From a virus (lineage: Duplodnaviria > Caudoviricetes): 64,000 nt of DNA. Of this stretch, positions 45,501-55,200 are shown piece after piece. The notes below the pieces were generated by a model. That model was given only the letters and a program-made list of their open reading frames with translations, was not told where the DNA came from and searched no databases. The stretch is from the IMG/VR virus record IMGVR_UViG_3300032335_001059, positions 22,814 to 86,813 of that record, one strand, 5' to 3'. The translations under genes were made by a program, and so were the position numbers. Position 1 is the first letter of the stretch. Each line of letters begins with the position of its first letter.

Positions 45501-48500
45501 AGCTTCTAAGTCAGTCATATCTTTACCTGATACTTCTCTAGCTTCATTATATAAACTATCACGTTCAGTACGACTTAAATACATTTGACTTACTAAGTGA
45601 AAAGCTTCATGATATTCAGTACCTTCTTCTAGTATGTCAGATAAAGTAATTGCTCCATTTCTAAAATAACCAAAATAATCTCCTTTAAATCCAGCTAATT
45701 TAATTAAACCTTCAGCTACTTCAGGAGTTACACCTAATTTAGCTTGAGTCCATTTTTTAGCTGATTCTATATCTCCTAGTTTATAAGGTAAAGAATCTAC
45801 TTTTCTAGTTAAAGGTTTTTGTTTTTGAAAAGGATTAGGTTTTTTAGTAGCACTAGGAGCTTGAACAGTTTCAATTTTAGAAATATCATAAACATAAAGC
45901 TTACCTTTTCCATTTAACCAATCTTTTGTTTGTTGATATTTTGGAGTATTATTTTCAAAATTTTCAGATTTTTCTATAGCTTCTTTACCACCTGCTTCTT
46001 CAATCGTCAACAATCCTCTATTAGTTACTAAAAAATCTTTGCCTCCAATATTTACAGTAGCTGTTTTTCCTACAGGAATATTTATTTGTTTAGCTTGAGA
46101 TTCACTTCTTGTAGTAGTTGTTTTAGTACCATTAATTATTTTAGCAATATTATCAGGTTGCATCTGTATAGTTCTTCTTTCTATATCAGCTTTTTCATCA
46201 ACAGTTTCTACAGTTGTTTCTACAACTATTTCTGGTGCTTTAACTTCAATTATTTCTTCAACAATAGGTGCAGAAAATACTGGACCACCTTTACTTAAAT
46301 CTAAAACTTCTTGATAAAAAGGTATAGTTTCTATATTACTTTTTACAAAACTTAAAAGATTCATTCTATCACCTTGAATTTCACCATTTTCAAATTTTAT
46401 AACATAGTTACCATATAACTTATTAATAAATTTTAAATGTTCAGGAACAGGTATTATATTTCTACCTGATTTTCTATATTCATTTTTTTGTTCAGCACTT
46501 AAAGTAAGAAATTGAAAAGCATTAACTTCTCCATTAATAATTTTAGATTTTTCTTCTTCAGTTGGAACAATATCAACAGGTTTAGGTGTAGCTTTTAATA
46601 TAGCTTTAACTTTGGTATTAGGTTTTTCTTCTATTTTAGGATTAAAAATAGCATATTTATTTATAAATATATTGTTCTTATCTAAAGTAGAAATGTTATG
46701 GTAAACTGCTGGAGGAAATGCTGAAGGAATTCCGTATAGCATTAAATCAGAATATGTAGTTTTACTCATTGTCCAATTACCATTTTTCAAAATAGGCAAA
46801 TTTCTTTCTCCAAGAAAATTACCTAAATGTTTATTGCTTACAGTTCTTTTCTTTGCTAACAAAGCATTTCTTAAAAGGTCTACACTTCCTTCAAAAGTAT
46901 CTTTAGTAACAAATAGTTTAGTATTGTTTTCTCCAGAAGCAAAATATAAAACTTCAGTATTACCTTGTTTTTCAAACTTCATTGAAGTTTTAGCATTAGA
47001 TGAATCTCCAAAAAACAAAAACATATCTAATACAGAATACACATTAGGATTGTAAGATAAAATAGATACTTCTTTACCATCTATTTTTTTAACTCTAGTA
47101 CCTTCTAAATAATCTTTAATTAAAGGTAATATAATATTGTCTACTTCAAAAACAGTAAGATTACGAGTTTCTAACTCATGATATATATATTGAGGTTTAC
47201 CATTATTGGTACCAGTAAGTACAGCTATATAAGGTCTACCACTCCATTTAACATTTACTTTTTGACCATTATGTTCAATAACAGGTATTCCAGTTACAGG
47301 GTCAATCATAGATACAGCTAACTTATACCCTCCTGCACTTACAGCAGGTATATCTTTTAAAGTAGATAATGGTTCTTCCATTAAATCTTTTTTGATATTT
47401 AAAAATCCAGGAGATATACTCTCAACAGTAACATAACTTTCTAAACCTTGTTCTTCTCTATCTTTTATATTATCTATAAATTTACTATAATCAAGTCTTT
47501 CTTGTTCAGTTGCTTTAACATTAGTATTGTTAACTTCATTTAGTACAGTATATGCACGAACACCATCTTTTTCTACAACTTTACCATTTTTATATAGTAC
47601 TGCTATAATAGGTGGATTCTTATAAGTTACTCCTTTTATAGTAGCAGGATAAGTAATTCCTTCAAATGTTTGAGGAGCTACTTCTAATTTTAAAGATAAA
47701 GGTGTATTAGAATTAGATAATTGAGTTAAAGTATCAAAATATAATTTACGTGAAGGATTGATATTTAAATCTCTTCTATCTCCTAAATCATTAAATTCAT
47801 CTTTACCTAAAGAACTTCTGCCAGCACTAGAAAATAAAGTAGGTTTTTTAAATTGAAATTCTTCTTTAACAGTTCCTTCAGGAGCTTCTTGAGAATCATC
47901 TAAATCTACATCAGTAACTTTTAATTTAAGTAAATCTGATGTACCTTTTTTAACTATTTTGGCGTTAGGATTTTTAGTATAAAAACTTTCAGTTATATCA
48001 TTACCATCTTTATCTATAAAAACAGTACTACCGTCTTCAGATTTTAATATATCAACTCTATCTCCATTAGGCAATAACATTTCGTAATCGCTTTCAAAAG
48101 TATCTTCATTTCTACTTATACTTTCTATTTGAGATTCAAGTTCAGAAATTTTTAATTTGTTATTGTTAGAATCTTTTATTTGTTTTTTTACACTTTCTTG
48201 ATATTCTTCAGCTATTTCTTCTTCTAATAATTTAGGATTAGCTACATATTTTTCATATTCTTTTAATAAAAGTTCATTTGCTTTAAATAATTCTTGATAT
48301 GTAATAGCATCTTTTTTTTCTTTTGCTGCTAAAATAGGGTCTGAATTATAAACAATAAGTTCAGGTTCGTTAGTTTTAACTAAAGGATTAAAAGATTCAA
48401 GTTGTTTTTGAATAGCTTTTTGACTATTAATAATACTTCCTAATTTAAACATAGCAGAATTACTAATATTTCTAAATTGAGGAAGTTCTTTCATAGCATC

Positions 48501-50258
48501 ATAAGTAACTTTAAAATTATTTATTAAATTTAAAGTATTGTCTATTTGTTTTTTATGCAGTTCAAAATCTTTATCTGTTAAAGTAACTTCTGATAATTTA
48601 GAATTAGTTTGTAAAGCTTTATAAGCTTTAAGTTCTTCTGGAGTTATGTCTTTAGAAGTTTCTAACTCTGTTTTGAAATTATCAAAATTATTTATAGATA
48701 AATGAAATAAAGCTTGATTTAATATTTGTTTATTATTTGCAATTTCATATAAATTTTTATCATTTTTTCCAACAGCATATTGCTTAATAGATTCTAATTT
48801 ACTATTATCATTAACAGTGTTTATATAATCTTCTTTAATAATATTTTGTTTAGTACCATCAGGAAGTTCTATAGTTTTATATAAAGCTGTTTCATTAATT
48901 ACATAATTTTCATCAATATCTTTTTTAATTAAATTTGCTTCTTTATAAATAGAATCTAAATCTTTTTGGTCCATTTTAGATTTACCTCTAGTAGCCAAAG
49001 CACTTGCTCCACCACCAGCAATAGCACCTAAAATCCAAGATATTTGTCCTTCTTCAGTAAGAAAAGAATTACCAAATTCTTTTCCCATATTTTTCATAAA
49101 TCCTTTCCAACCTTCTTTGTTTTCAACAGTTAATTGTGCTCCTTTATTAGAAGCATATTGTATACCTTCTTCTGCTCCTTCAAGAATTCCGTTTTTAACT
49201 AAAGCATTTGCTATATTTAAATAACTATCATATTTTCCTACAGTTTTTTCACCAAGTTTATATAAATCAATAGATTCATCTGAATATTGTGATAAACCTT
49301 TAGATAAAATATTATCAAATGTTCCTAACATTTTTATATTTTGATAATAATCAGGTAAAGACAATGCCATGTTTGCAGCAAAGTTAAATGCTGCTGCTCT
49401 AGAAGCATCTTCTTCAGAACCTCCGTTTCTTAAAACTTCTTCTTTAGTTCCATAAGATTCTAAAGCAGTTTCACCTACTCTACCTATTAAAGAAGCAGAT
49501 AATCCACTTATACTATCGGCAAACTTTTTAGCCTTTCTTAATTTTTCAATATCGTCTACAGCAGATAAACCTTGACTAGCAGCTTCAGCAATAGTTAACC
49601 CAGCTAAAGTTTTATCTCCTCCTTTTAACGACAATAAAGAATTATAAAAAGAACTATCTTTTCCTAACATCTTAGCTGCATTTTTAGCTCCATAAACACC
49701 TCCTGCTAAATAACCTACTAATTGAGAAATATTATCTACACCTTTTAACGAAAAAGGAGATATGTTTTCGTATACTCCTTGGTCAGTAGCATCATATACA
49801 GGAGTCATATCAGTTAAACCTCCTTGTATTGCACCTAAAACATTAGTAGCTAAATTATCAGATAACCAAGCTAAAGGATTATCATTATTTTCATTATCAT
49901 CTGTTAAATTTATACCAGCTTGTAATAAAGAAGCTCCTCCATAAATTGCTAATCCATAAGGATTACTTAATGCCGCACTAGAACCAAAAGCTAATCCTCC
50001 ATGCAATAAAGCATTCCCTAAAGCTAAAGCATCGCTTTGTTTTTCATCTCTATATATATTTAAACCTCTTTGTAAATCAAAGTTAGTTATGTCTTCATCA
50101 TATGACGAATCATTAGGAAAATATCTACCTACACCTACAGCAGGAGCATTTAAAGGTAAAGTAGATGGTGTATTAAACCTATCGCTTCTCATTGCAGCTT
50201 CTGTTTTAGAAAGTTGCAATTCCATTTCTTCTGGAGTTATTAATTTTTTCTTTGCCAT
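39576..50258 (-). CDS. Giant virion-packaged RNA polymerase protein
   Basis: 3560 aa; catalytic GGDFDVD at 41895-41909; zincin motif HEAFH at 45597-45611; central two-barrel-type segments (VNATDAQG, LGYRIPTQG). Confidence 0.88.
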   Translation of the reverse strand: MAKKKLITPEEMELQLSKTEAAMRSDRFNTPSTLPLNAPAVGVGRYFPNDSSYDEDITNFDLQRGLNIYRDEKQSDALALGNALLHGGLAFGSSAALSNPYGLAIYGGASLLQAGINLTDDNENNDNPLAWLSDNLATNVLGAIQGGLTDMTPVYDATDQGVYENISPFSLKGVDNISQLVGYLAGGVYGAKNAAKMLGKDSSFYNSLLSLKGGDKTLAGLTIAEAASQGLSAVDDIEKLRKAKKFADSISGLSASLIGRVGETALESYGTKEEVLRNGGSEEDASRAAAFNFAANMALSLPDYYQNIKMLGTFDNILSKGLSQYSDESIDLYKLGEKTVGKYDSYLNIANALVKNGILEGAEEGIQYASNKGAQLTVENKEGWKGFMKNMGKEFGNSFLTEEGQISWILGAIAGGGASALATRGKSKMDQKDLDSIYKEANLIKKDIDENYVINETALYKTIELPDGTKQNIIKEDYINTVNDNSKLESIKQYAVGKNDKNLYEIANNKQILNQALFHLSINNFDNFKTELETSKDITPEELKAYKALQTNSKLSEVTLTDKDFELHKKQIDNTLNLINNFKVTYDAMKELPQFRNISNSAMFKLGSIINSQKAIQKQLESFNPLVKTNEPELIVYNSDPILAAKEKKDAITYQELFKANELLLKEYEKYVANPKLLEEEIAEEYQESVKKQIKDSNNNKLKISELESQIESISRNEDTFESDYEMLLPNGDRVDILKSEDGSTVFIDKDGNDITESFYTKNPNAKIVKKGTSDLLKLKVTDVDLDDSQEAPEGTVKEEFQFKKPTLFSSAGRSSLGKDEFNDLGDRRDLNINPSRKLYFDTLTQLSNSNTPLSLKLEVAPQTFEGITYPATIKGVTYKNPPIIAVLYKNGKVVEKDGVRAYTVLNEVNNTNVKATEQERLDYSKFIDNIKDREEQGLESYVTVESISPGFLNIKKDLMEEPLSTLKDIPAVSAGGYKLAVSMIDPVTGIPVIEHNGQKVNVKWSGRPYIAVLTGTNNGKPQYIYHELETRNLTVFEVDNIILPLIKDYLEGTRVKKIDGKEVSILSYNPNVYSVLDMFLFFGDSSNAKTSMKFEKQGNTEVLYFASGENNTKLFVTKDTFEGSVDLLRNALLAKKRTVSNKHLGNFLGERNLPILKNGNWTMSKTTYSDLMLYGIPSAFPPAVYHNISTLDKNNIFINKYAIFNPKIEEKPNTKVKAILKATPKPVDIVPTEEEKSKIINGEVNAFQFLTLSAEQKNEYRKSGRNIIPVPEHLKFINKLYGNYVIKFENGEIQGDRMNLLSFVKSNIETIPFYQEVLDLSKGGPVFSAPIVEEIIEVKAPEIVVETTVETVDEKADIERRTIQMQPDNIAKIINGTKTTTTRSESQAKQINIPVGKTATVNIGGKDFLVTNRGLLTIEEAGGKEAIEKSENFENNTPKYQQTKDWLNGKGKLYVYDISKIETVQAPSATKKPNPFQKQKPLTRKVDSLPYKLGDIESAKKWTQAKLGVTPEVAEGLIKLAGFKGDYFGYFRNGAITLSDILEEGTEYHEAFHLVSQMYLSRTERDSLYNEAREVSGKDMTDLEAEEYLAEKFRDYVMSDGKLSFPAKQQSLFGRLWNFIKSFLNLNTATVNEVFGKLNEGYYNKASYINRLGEGSKDLVLFSTFEISPSENKKIEEALLSYFRLFVAEKGVNFADFELADSLPEFNTYVKAEMLKYNSAFNLKPDEFLTTFKEKTLTDLGFEFEEDEESSDNNTRNRTENYAESNKLSGFAGMSKKIDFLLNTVVDQTADYTEYGHQPLIPSSEVKAYLANLLHDTFTFEEMMDKLNAIYDSEPTTEFEARNWGLVGQIKESLGDMNPTANQVFLHTQFFDALSLVYQTMLTQIYYGNNTNVVLDSMKESIKNRIRQVWRTGLMSTDIVETVDGQRFIRNYSELQKLPAKEFAEKVGMKFNAPFDSNLENLITNFKEAIGTLPKKIVVVDGQTLTVTTPFWYESSLEEAISVKDKSSRQAVAKWRNALNNLIEADIETTTSITENQSRNTENETVYAFAKPSFLFQKLDAIKKGLAKTITTQNSKLWDAIAQGKVDITLVDGQKFNEIGNEGQHISTLTEEELLMHKIVGLYGDKNKYPTVQFMQMADKKSVYGLTINDKSLIVKPDEVTINDDYLEVPNSLIDRLFDIYLNYKEFDKVFKDKGINKIFKVSKASAIFDELGSFSTKEEFSNVIKKELYKAYLDAMELTRNYVGTDKTGKDYTVLGNLVNDSITVNKIVGALVSTEFVTNLEQMNIFFGNPAFYKDLFKRTPAIRANGRIPSIDTNVNDFIVDSRKQFYGEYEKNLPSDPTLFKGLVFSDVEVESKYNADYIKSLDVTGYEKVNATDAQGFSTFQFYREYMIRTGQWNEKLEKQFVAEMEGNSLSDSAWPPLKLVHFGPEASYTEEFIPVYYKFAVYPLVPSLIKGRVLEQTNLKMLESGSSIGVFESGNKVGSLINKSNYYGEVNKDSIHTLNIQDLKIQVDISPKKDKWEVLFGSQIRKLITQNAVNAGEEFKNEEDYNEFLKLIDELVEIESANLAESLGISLDRLREGDLDRDAWGKLIDIFKQSAIEREESDNVIYGLDYLKSQELTIDALPSRNKIQNLMNALLNNRILKQKMFGRSYVQTSSVGFEYATEESLNKALRNGDILKDSEFYKSHFIDNKFNNSNARLGFINKVNDEINVAEILLPNWFKGKFDINTLDNNLLESLGYRIPTQGLNSMLAFKVVGFLPKNTDLLAAVPYEITVQSGGDFDVDKLNMFLYNYITDMSEEKIKEYNKIKNTITDDKILDLFIKSNQKPLPIPLGGDLGRRFEKKRLQNKLLTLLIKRLKDPERFIDYVTPNSAENLQKQAEKINNAQQEKYKVTVDYKGIKQFWTGTNVRVGKNFWSAKAGVGQSASQSVFTALTQISPLTQKDYSNRLFVPKGYLNLNEDGKIILGKKNNAEGKSIIDLIGNQHLSANVDAAKTPFIFQLNANGKTNDVHYYLLEAGVPDKWVNLFMTQPIILEFIKKTSENKGLVSKYRRVNLGENKTKNDIILEVRKMFGGASVDSEYLKAKVDLNGKKIPTANPEGRIYDEEQLLSFIEKPVNSSQLNILDDYLFYTEYAMDLRKAISSLKFDTQGAGKNLPESMIYDYNYKKLDNNIFDGIYTLVDKTIIRPFKVNVLDTAIALYKPSVAVHKIFNSDIALKSLMNILDKNSQLKPESLYKIYGMLTNIIIQNNLQNKKEWFDNNVYGDNSVSKQISKLIKSDEMKGNYLFDNMLIVDFAQTQGKPDIVRFDNTIRIDNNLDKVINESFRDFKFKYPALYTDLIKLSLFQTGVIESPVSFYKYIPVEDFVEVVGDLTKNSLVEYPDMIEKVIQNLPTLKGLANKISYSKILEGKIGLPDYLEIEYNNNPESYITKFDFKLNELGLYKLNSINEESLSYYRIPITGASNLYNGIVGDDVDVKAKFNNEEEVDTQAPFEDVVWEDAVIVETEIATLPAFQLTWDSLSEDDKFGIERAGISSEEFNSMTEKQKEITIDCYGLKK

Positions 50259-50259
50259 T

Positions 50260-52128
50260 TTATTCCATTCCTAAATTAGAGTCTGCTATAACTGTAAAAA
50301 TTGCTTCTTTTGTAAAATTACTTATACCTTGTTCGTTTAAAGGATAATTTTCTAATAGAATTGATTTTCCGTTTTCATCTTTAAATTTTTGAATTACACC
50401 TTGTTTATTACCAAGTACTCCAGGTTTTGATACTCTGTAATGAATATTTCCTTCTATAGAAGGAATATTATAAATACCTTCTGAATCTTTAGAAACATCT
50501 AATGCTGATTTTAATATTTGTTGATAAGCAGAAAGTTGTTTTTGAACATTAGCTTCATTAGGTGCTCCTTTAATTAAAGAAGATAAAGGTGTAATAGCTT
50601 GAGTTTCTCCACCAGAAATTTTAATTGTACCTTCATACAAATTAAATTTAGTTGTTCTGTTAGGGGCACTCATTATTTTTTTAGAAGTTTCACTATTTAA
50701 AGGTTCAAAATTTTTATTTAATAACGGCATTCCTGAAATATTAGCAAATATATTTTTATCAACAATTTCTCTAAATTTAGATGAAGCTAAATTATAATCT
50801 ACACTTGCTATTTTAGTATTATTTTTCATTAATGCAGTATAAGCATCAAATATTTCTTTATCAGTTCTATCTTTATTTCCTGGACCTTTTCTATATAATT
50901 TTTCAAAATATGAAGGAAATGGTAAAGTCATATCTTTCATATCGCCAACTATAGTAAGTTGTTCTAAAGCACTTAAAGGATTTTGCAATGCTCCTTCTGT
51001 TCCACCAACACGTTCTGAATAAGATTTAGGTCTACCTATATATTTACCATCAGAATTAAAATTTTTACTTACTTCTTCAACTTCATCATCAATTTCTTCT
51101 ACAGATTTACTAACATCAATATTATTAGGGATTCCAGTCAAAGCTGCATTTAAATCAGCTTTAAAATTAGAAGATTTATTCATAGTCATTACGTTTGTTA
51201 AATTTGCATCCATGTCTACTTCATCTTTACTAGTAACATTAGTATATCCAAATTTATTTTTAGCAAAAGAAATTGCTGGATTTACGTAATTATTAAATAT
51301 TTGCGATTTTCTACTTTCTAAAGTTTCTCCTTGTTGTAAAGGATTTTCAAATAAACTTAATTCAACATCTCTGTCAATCATAGAATTAAACGGAATACTA
51401 GATTTAAATGCTTGATTTAAAGCATAATCTAATTCTTTAGTATCTACTTTTTGCCAACCTTTACCTTCAGTATATTTTAAACCAATTCCTGCTGGAAGAG
51501 GTTCTTTCATTCCAGGAAGTTTAATTTTACCATCAGAAATTTTATATGTAGATGATTGACCAGTAAAACTATCAGCTTGCCATCCAGAACTTAAAGTATT
51601 AGCAAAAGCAATAGGGTCTACGTCAGAAGCAACTGATGGAGTATTGATATTTAAATTGCTAATAAATCTATTTTCTTTATCAAAAGAAGCTGGAGTTATT
51701 TTAGAATTATACATCTTTAACCACTTTTCTTTTGTTTCAGGATTTATAGATTTATCATTAATTATAGATTTTCTATAAGAATCTAATTCTTTAGCTCTAG
51801 AAGTTAATCCTGTATAGATGTTAGCAAAATCTTCAGCATCAGCTAATGTTTGCCATTGCATTTTATGATAATCTCCACTTGTTGCTCTATCTTTAAGACG
51901 TGCAGCATAGGTATCTGCAATTTCTTTTGCTAATTGTTGGTCTTTTGGGTCAACTGACCCCATTAGTTTTTTTGTAAGTGCTCCGATTTTTGTATCTGTT
52001 TCGATAGCTTTGTCATAACGATTTTGTAAGACTTCTCCTACTTTAACACCTGCTTCAACAGGTAGTTGTTCTGGAACAATCTGTAGTTTTGGTGCGACAA
52101 ATTCTGCCTGATTCCAATTTATAGCCAT
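50260..52128 (-). CDS. Smaller ejected/cargo protein
   Basis: 622 aa directly upstream of the RNAP gene, matching the crAss three-gene layout. Confidence 0.65.
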   Translation of the reverse strand: MAINWNQAEFVAPKLQIVPEQLPVEAGVKVGEVLQNRYDKAIETDTKIGALTKKLMGSVDPKDQQLAKEIADTYAARLKDRATSGDYHKMQWQTLADAEDFANIYTGLTSRAKELDSYRKSIINDKSINPETKEKWLKMYNSKITPASFDKENRFISNLNINTPSVASDVDPIAFANTLSSGWQADSFTGQSSTYKISDGKIKLPGMKEPLPAGIGLKYTEGKGWQKVDTKELDYALNQAFKSSIPFNSMIDRDVELSLFENPLQQGETLESRKSQIFNNYVNPAISFAKNKFGYTNVTSKDEVDMDANLTNVMTMNKSSNFKADLNAALTGIPNNIDVSKSVEEIDDEVEEVSKNFNSDGKYIGRPKSYSERVGGTEGALQNPLSALEQLTIVGDMKDMTLPFPSYFEKLYRKGPGNKDRTDKEIFDAYTALMKNNTKIASVDYNLASSKFREIVDKNIFANISGMPLLNKNFEPLNSETSKKIMSAPNRTTKFNLYEGTIKISGGETQAITPLSSLIKGAPNEANVQKQLSAYQQILKSALDVSKDSEGIYNIPSIEGNIHYRVSKPGVLGNKQGVIQKFKDENGKSILLENYPLNEQGISNFTKEAIFTVIADSNLGME

Positions 52129-52164
52129 TTGTAGTTTTATTTTTAATACTGAACTACAAAGATA
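52128..52164 (-). promoter_or_regulatory. TAnnTTTG promoter element paired with the initiation region
   Basis: Minus-strand TATCTTTG (52164-52157); 9-bp inverted repeat 52152-52160/52128-52136 reaches the A of the ATG. Confidence 0.6.
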
Positions 52165-52180
52165 GATATATTTTAAATAA

Positions 52181-52210
52181 AAAAAGCTTAGATTTTACTC
52201 TAAGCTTTTT
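52181..52210. terminator. Intrinsic terminator
   Basis: aaaaagcttag/ctaagcttttt. Confidence 0.8.
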
Positions 52211-52216
52211 ATTTTT

Positions 52217-55200
52217 TTATTTCTTTAAAGAACGTTTTTTAATAGTACCGCCATATTTTTTAATAGCTATGTCTTTAGCTATTTTATCTTCATACATTCT
52301 ACTCATCATTTCATAATAAGCTAATTGATTATCTCTAGCTATTTGATTATTAAACATATTAGTCATGTTATCTCCCATAGAACCAGTAGCTTTCATTCTA
52401 TTACCAGCTTTCCATAACTCGTAATTATATAAATTTTCCAAATTATATTGGTCAATACCTAAATTAGCTTGTACTCCTTGATTATAAGCAGCAGCTTGTG
52501 CTCCACTATAAGCATTGTTTAATTGTTTATTAGCATTTTCTTGAGTTTGGAAAGAACGACCTTTACCCATCATTTGTTGATTTCTAATCTTTTGTAAATT
52601 AGCAGCTTGAGTAGAATAACTACCACTTCCTAAATTTACACCTCTTCTTGCAGCAGCAGTTTCAGCATCTATTGCTGCTCTTTCAGCAGAATAATCAACA
52701 TACTCAGGACTTCTACCTGCACTAAAAGTTACAGGTGCAATACTTCTAGGTGCTTTAACTTTATTAATTTGTTGATTTTGCATTAAATTAGTTAAAGCTT
52801 GAGTAGCGTAACCCATTTGTTGAGGAGAAACATTAAAACCAGTTTCTCCAACTGGATTTTGCCCTTGTCCTGTAATGTTATCAATTTGAGATTGAGTAAA
52901 AGGTTTACCATTATTAATGTTAGGAACTTTTAATAATATATTAGGAGTAGGTTTAGGTGGATTGCTTCTTACACCAAATATAGGTTCAATTATACCAGGT
53001 CTACCATCAGTTCCATCATAATGAATTAATCCACCATGTTTCATAATTCTAACATTATGTGCAGGATACATGCCATTATGTGAAGGAGGTATTGTTCCAC
53101 CTTTGGCAAATAATTTACGTTGTTTAGTTTCTTCTTTTATTATTTTCATTTCTTCTTGAGTGTTAAATAAATTATCTAATTGTTTATTGAATAACATTTC
53201 TGTATTCATTTTAGCTTTAGTATTAGGTTTTTCATCTAACTTAGCTATTTTGTTATTAATAGATTTAGCATGTTGAGCAAAAGTTCTTTTACCATTTTTT
53301 AATCTATCACTAAATACTCTAGTTCCTTCAGGTACATTAACTTCAATACCACCATTATCATGAGATGGACCATCAACTCCCATTACAGTACCATCAGGTA
53401 ATTGCATTTGTTCTTGCAATTCTAATTCAGCAATAGCACCAGGTTGGTCATCAACAATTGTTCCTCCATAAGGGTACATATTATTAACATTAGTTGGCAT
53501 AGTAGTTATTGGAGAATTAGGTCCTCCTATTCTTTTTTTAGACATAATGTTATTATTAGCAGCAGCTTGCACTTTTTTCATTTCATCTTCTTGCTGTTTA
53601 CCTTGAAAATATCCTGCTGCTCCACCAACAAGACCACCAACAACAGTACCTACAGGACCAAATACAGAACCAGCAGCTGCTCCAGTTAAAGCACCTTGAC
53701 CAATAGATTTTCCTGTACTTTGATATGTACCAAGAGCATTACCTTCAGCATCAGTTACTTCATTATCAGGAACAGCACCTAATGCTAAATTACCAACCAT
53801 AGCACCTAATTGAATAGGTCCAGTCATATCTCCACCTTGAGAATATTGATTTAAAGAACGTTTAACTGTTCCTCCATCTTGATGTTTCCATTTAGAAGCA
53901 TTTTTAGCAAAATTTGCACGTTTAACAATAGTAGAAGAATAGTCTTCTTTATTAGCCATTACGTGACTAGCTGCTTCTTGTACTCCCATACCATGAGATT
54001 TTGCCCAAGAAGTAAACTTACCTTTATTTTCAGGTTTAATATGTATGCTACCTCCTTCACCATAAATGTAACCTCCCATAGCCATATTAGCTATAATATT
54101 TTCTTGAACTTCTTTAGGTAAAGCATTGAAACCTGGATTATCAATAGTTCCTCCATCTTCCATTTTAGCTTTAATCTTACGTTCTTGCTTTAACATTTCT
54201 TTAGTAGGTTTTTTACCAGAACCAGCATTATCTCTAATGTTATCCCATAAACCACGTTTAGAATAAGAGCCATCAGCTCTTTTAATTAAGCCACCTTTTT
54301 TATATTCAGGTAATGTTCTTTCTTTCATAATTTGACCTCCATCTTGATATTTAATAAATTTATTTTTATTCCAATAACCTTTAGCTCCATTGCCAGCATA
54401 TAAACTTTCATTACTAAAAGTTTCATGATTAGGTAATTTATAAGTGTCAGGAAAATGATTATTAATATTACCAACACCTTTATTTTTATAAAAAGAAAAA
54501 TAATCATAATCTAATTCATTTGAATAAGGTATTCCTCTTTTTCCTTCAATTGTATTATTCTTATACCAATTTAAAAAATTTAAATCAGAATTTGCGTTAT
54601 TAGGATTATATATTTTTCCTCCATTAGGATATTTAGTAAATACTAAATTAGGTGCAGTTAGATAATAACTGTCTTTTTCAGTTACCATTCTTGCAAAAGG
54701 TAATTTTGTTTTAGATACTTTATTTATATCATTTATTATATTATTTATTTCTTTTAAACTAATGTTAGGATTTCCATCAATTACTGAATTAAAACCTAAA
54801 GTATTTAAAGGACTTTCACCTGTAAAATTTACACTTCCTTTTCCTTCATTTACCATTTTACTCATTGCTTTAGCAGTTAAAGGATAACTATCAGTACTTA
54901 AAGAACTTGAACCTATAAAATTAGAACCAGAAGGAGCGTTATTAACTGTTTTTAAAGCTTGTCTTAAATCAGAAACTACATCACTATCTCTAGTTAAACT
55001 TCCTATTAAAGATTGAGTGTTTTCAGGAAAAGATATTGGTTTGTAAGAAGGATTAAATACTCTATTAGCAATTCCTGAACCAACATCAAAAGAATTGCGA
55101 GAAATTTTTTTTGTTTTACTAAACAATTGTCTATCTTGAATAGGTGATTGTATTTCTTGATTAAATCTTCTTGCATTAGCAGAAACCATTTCATCTATTA

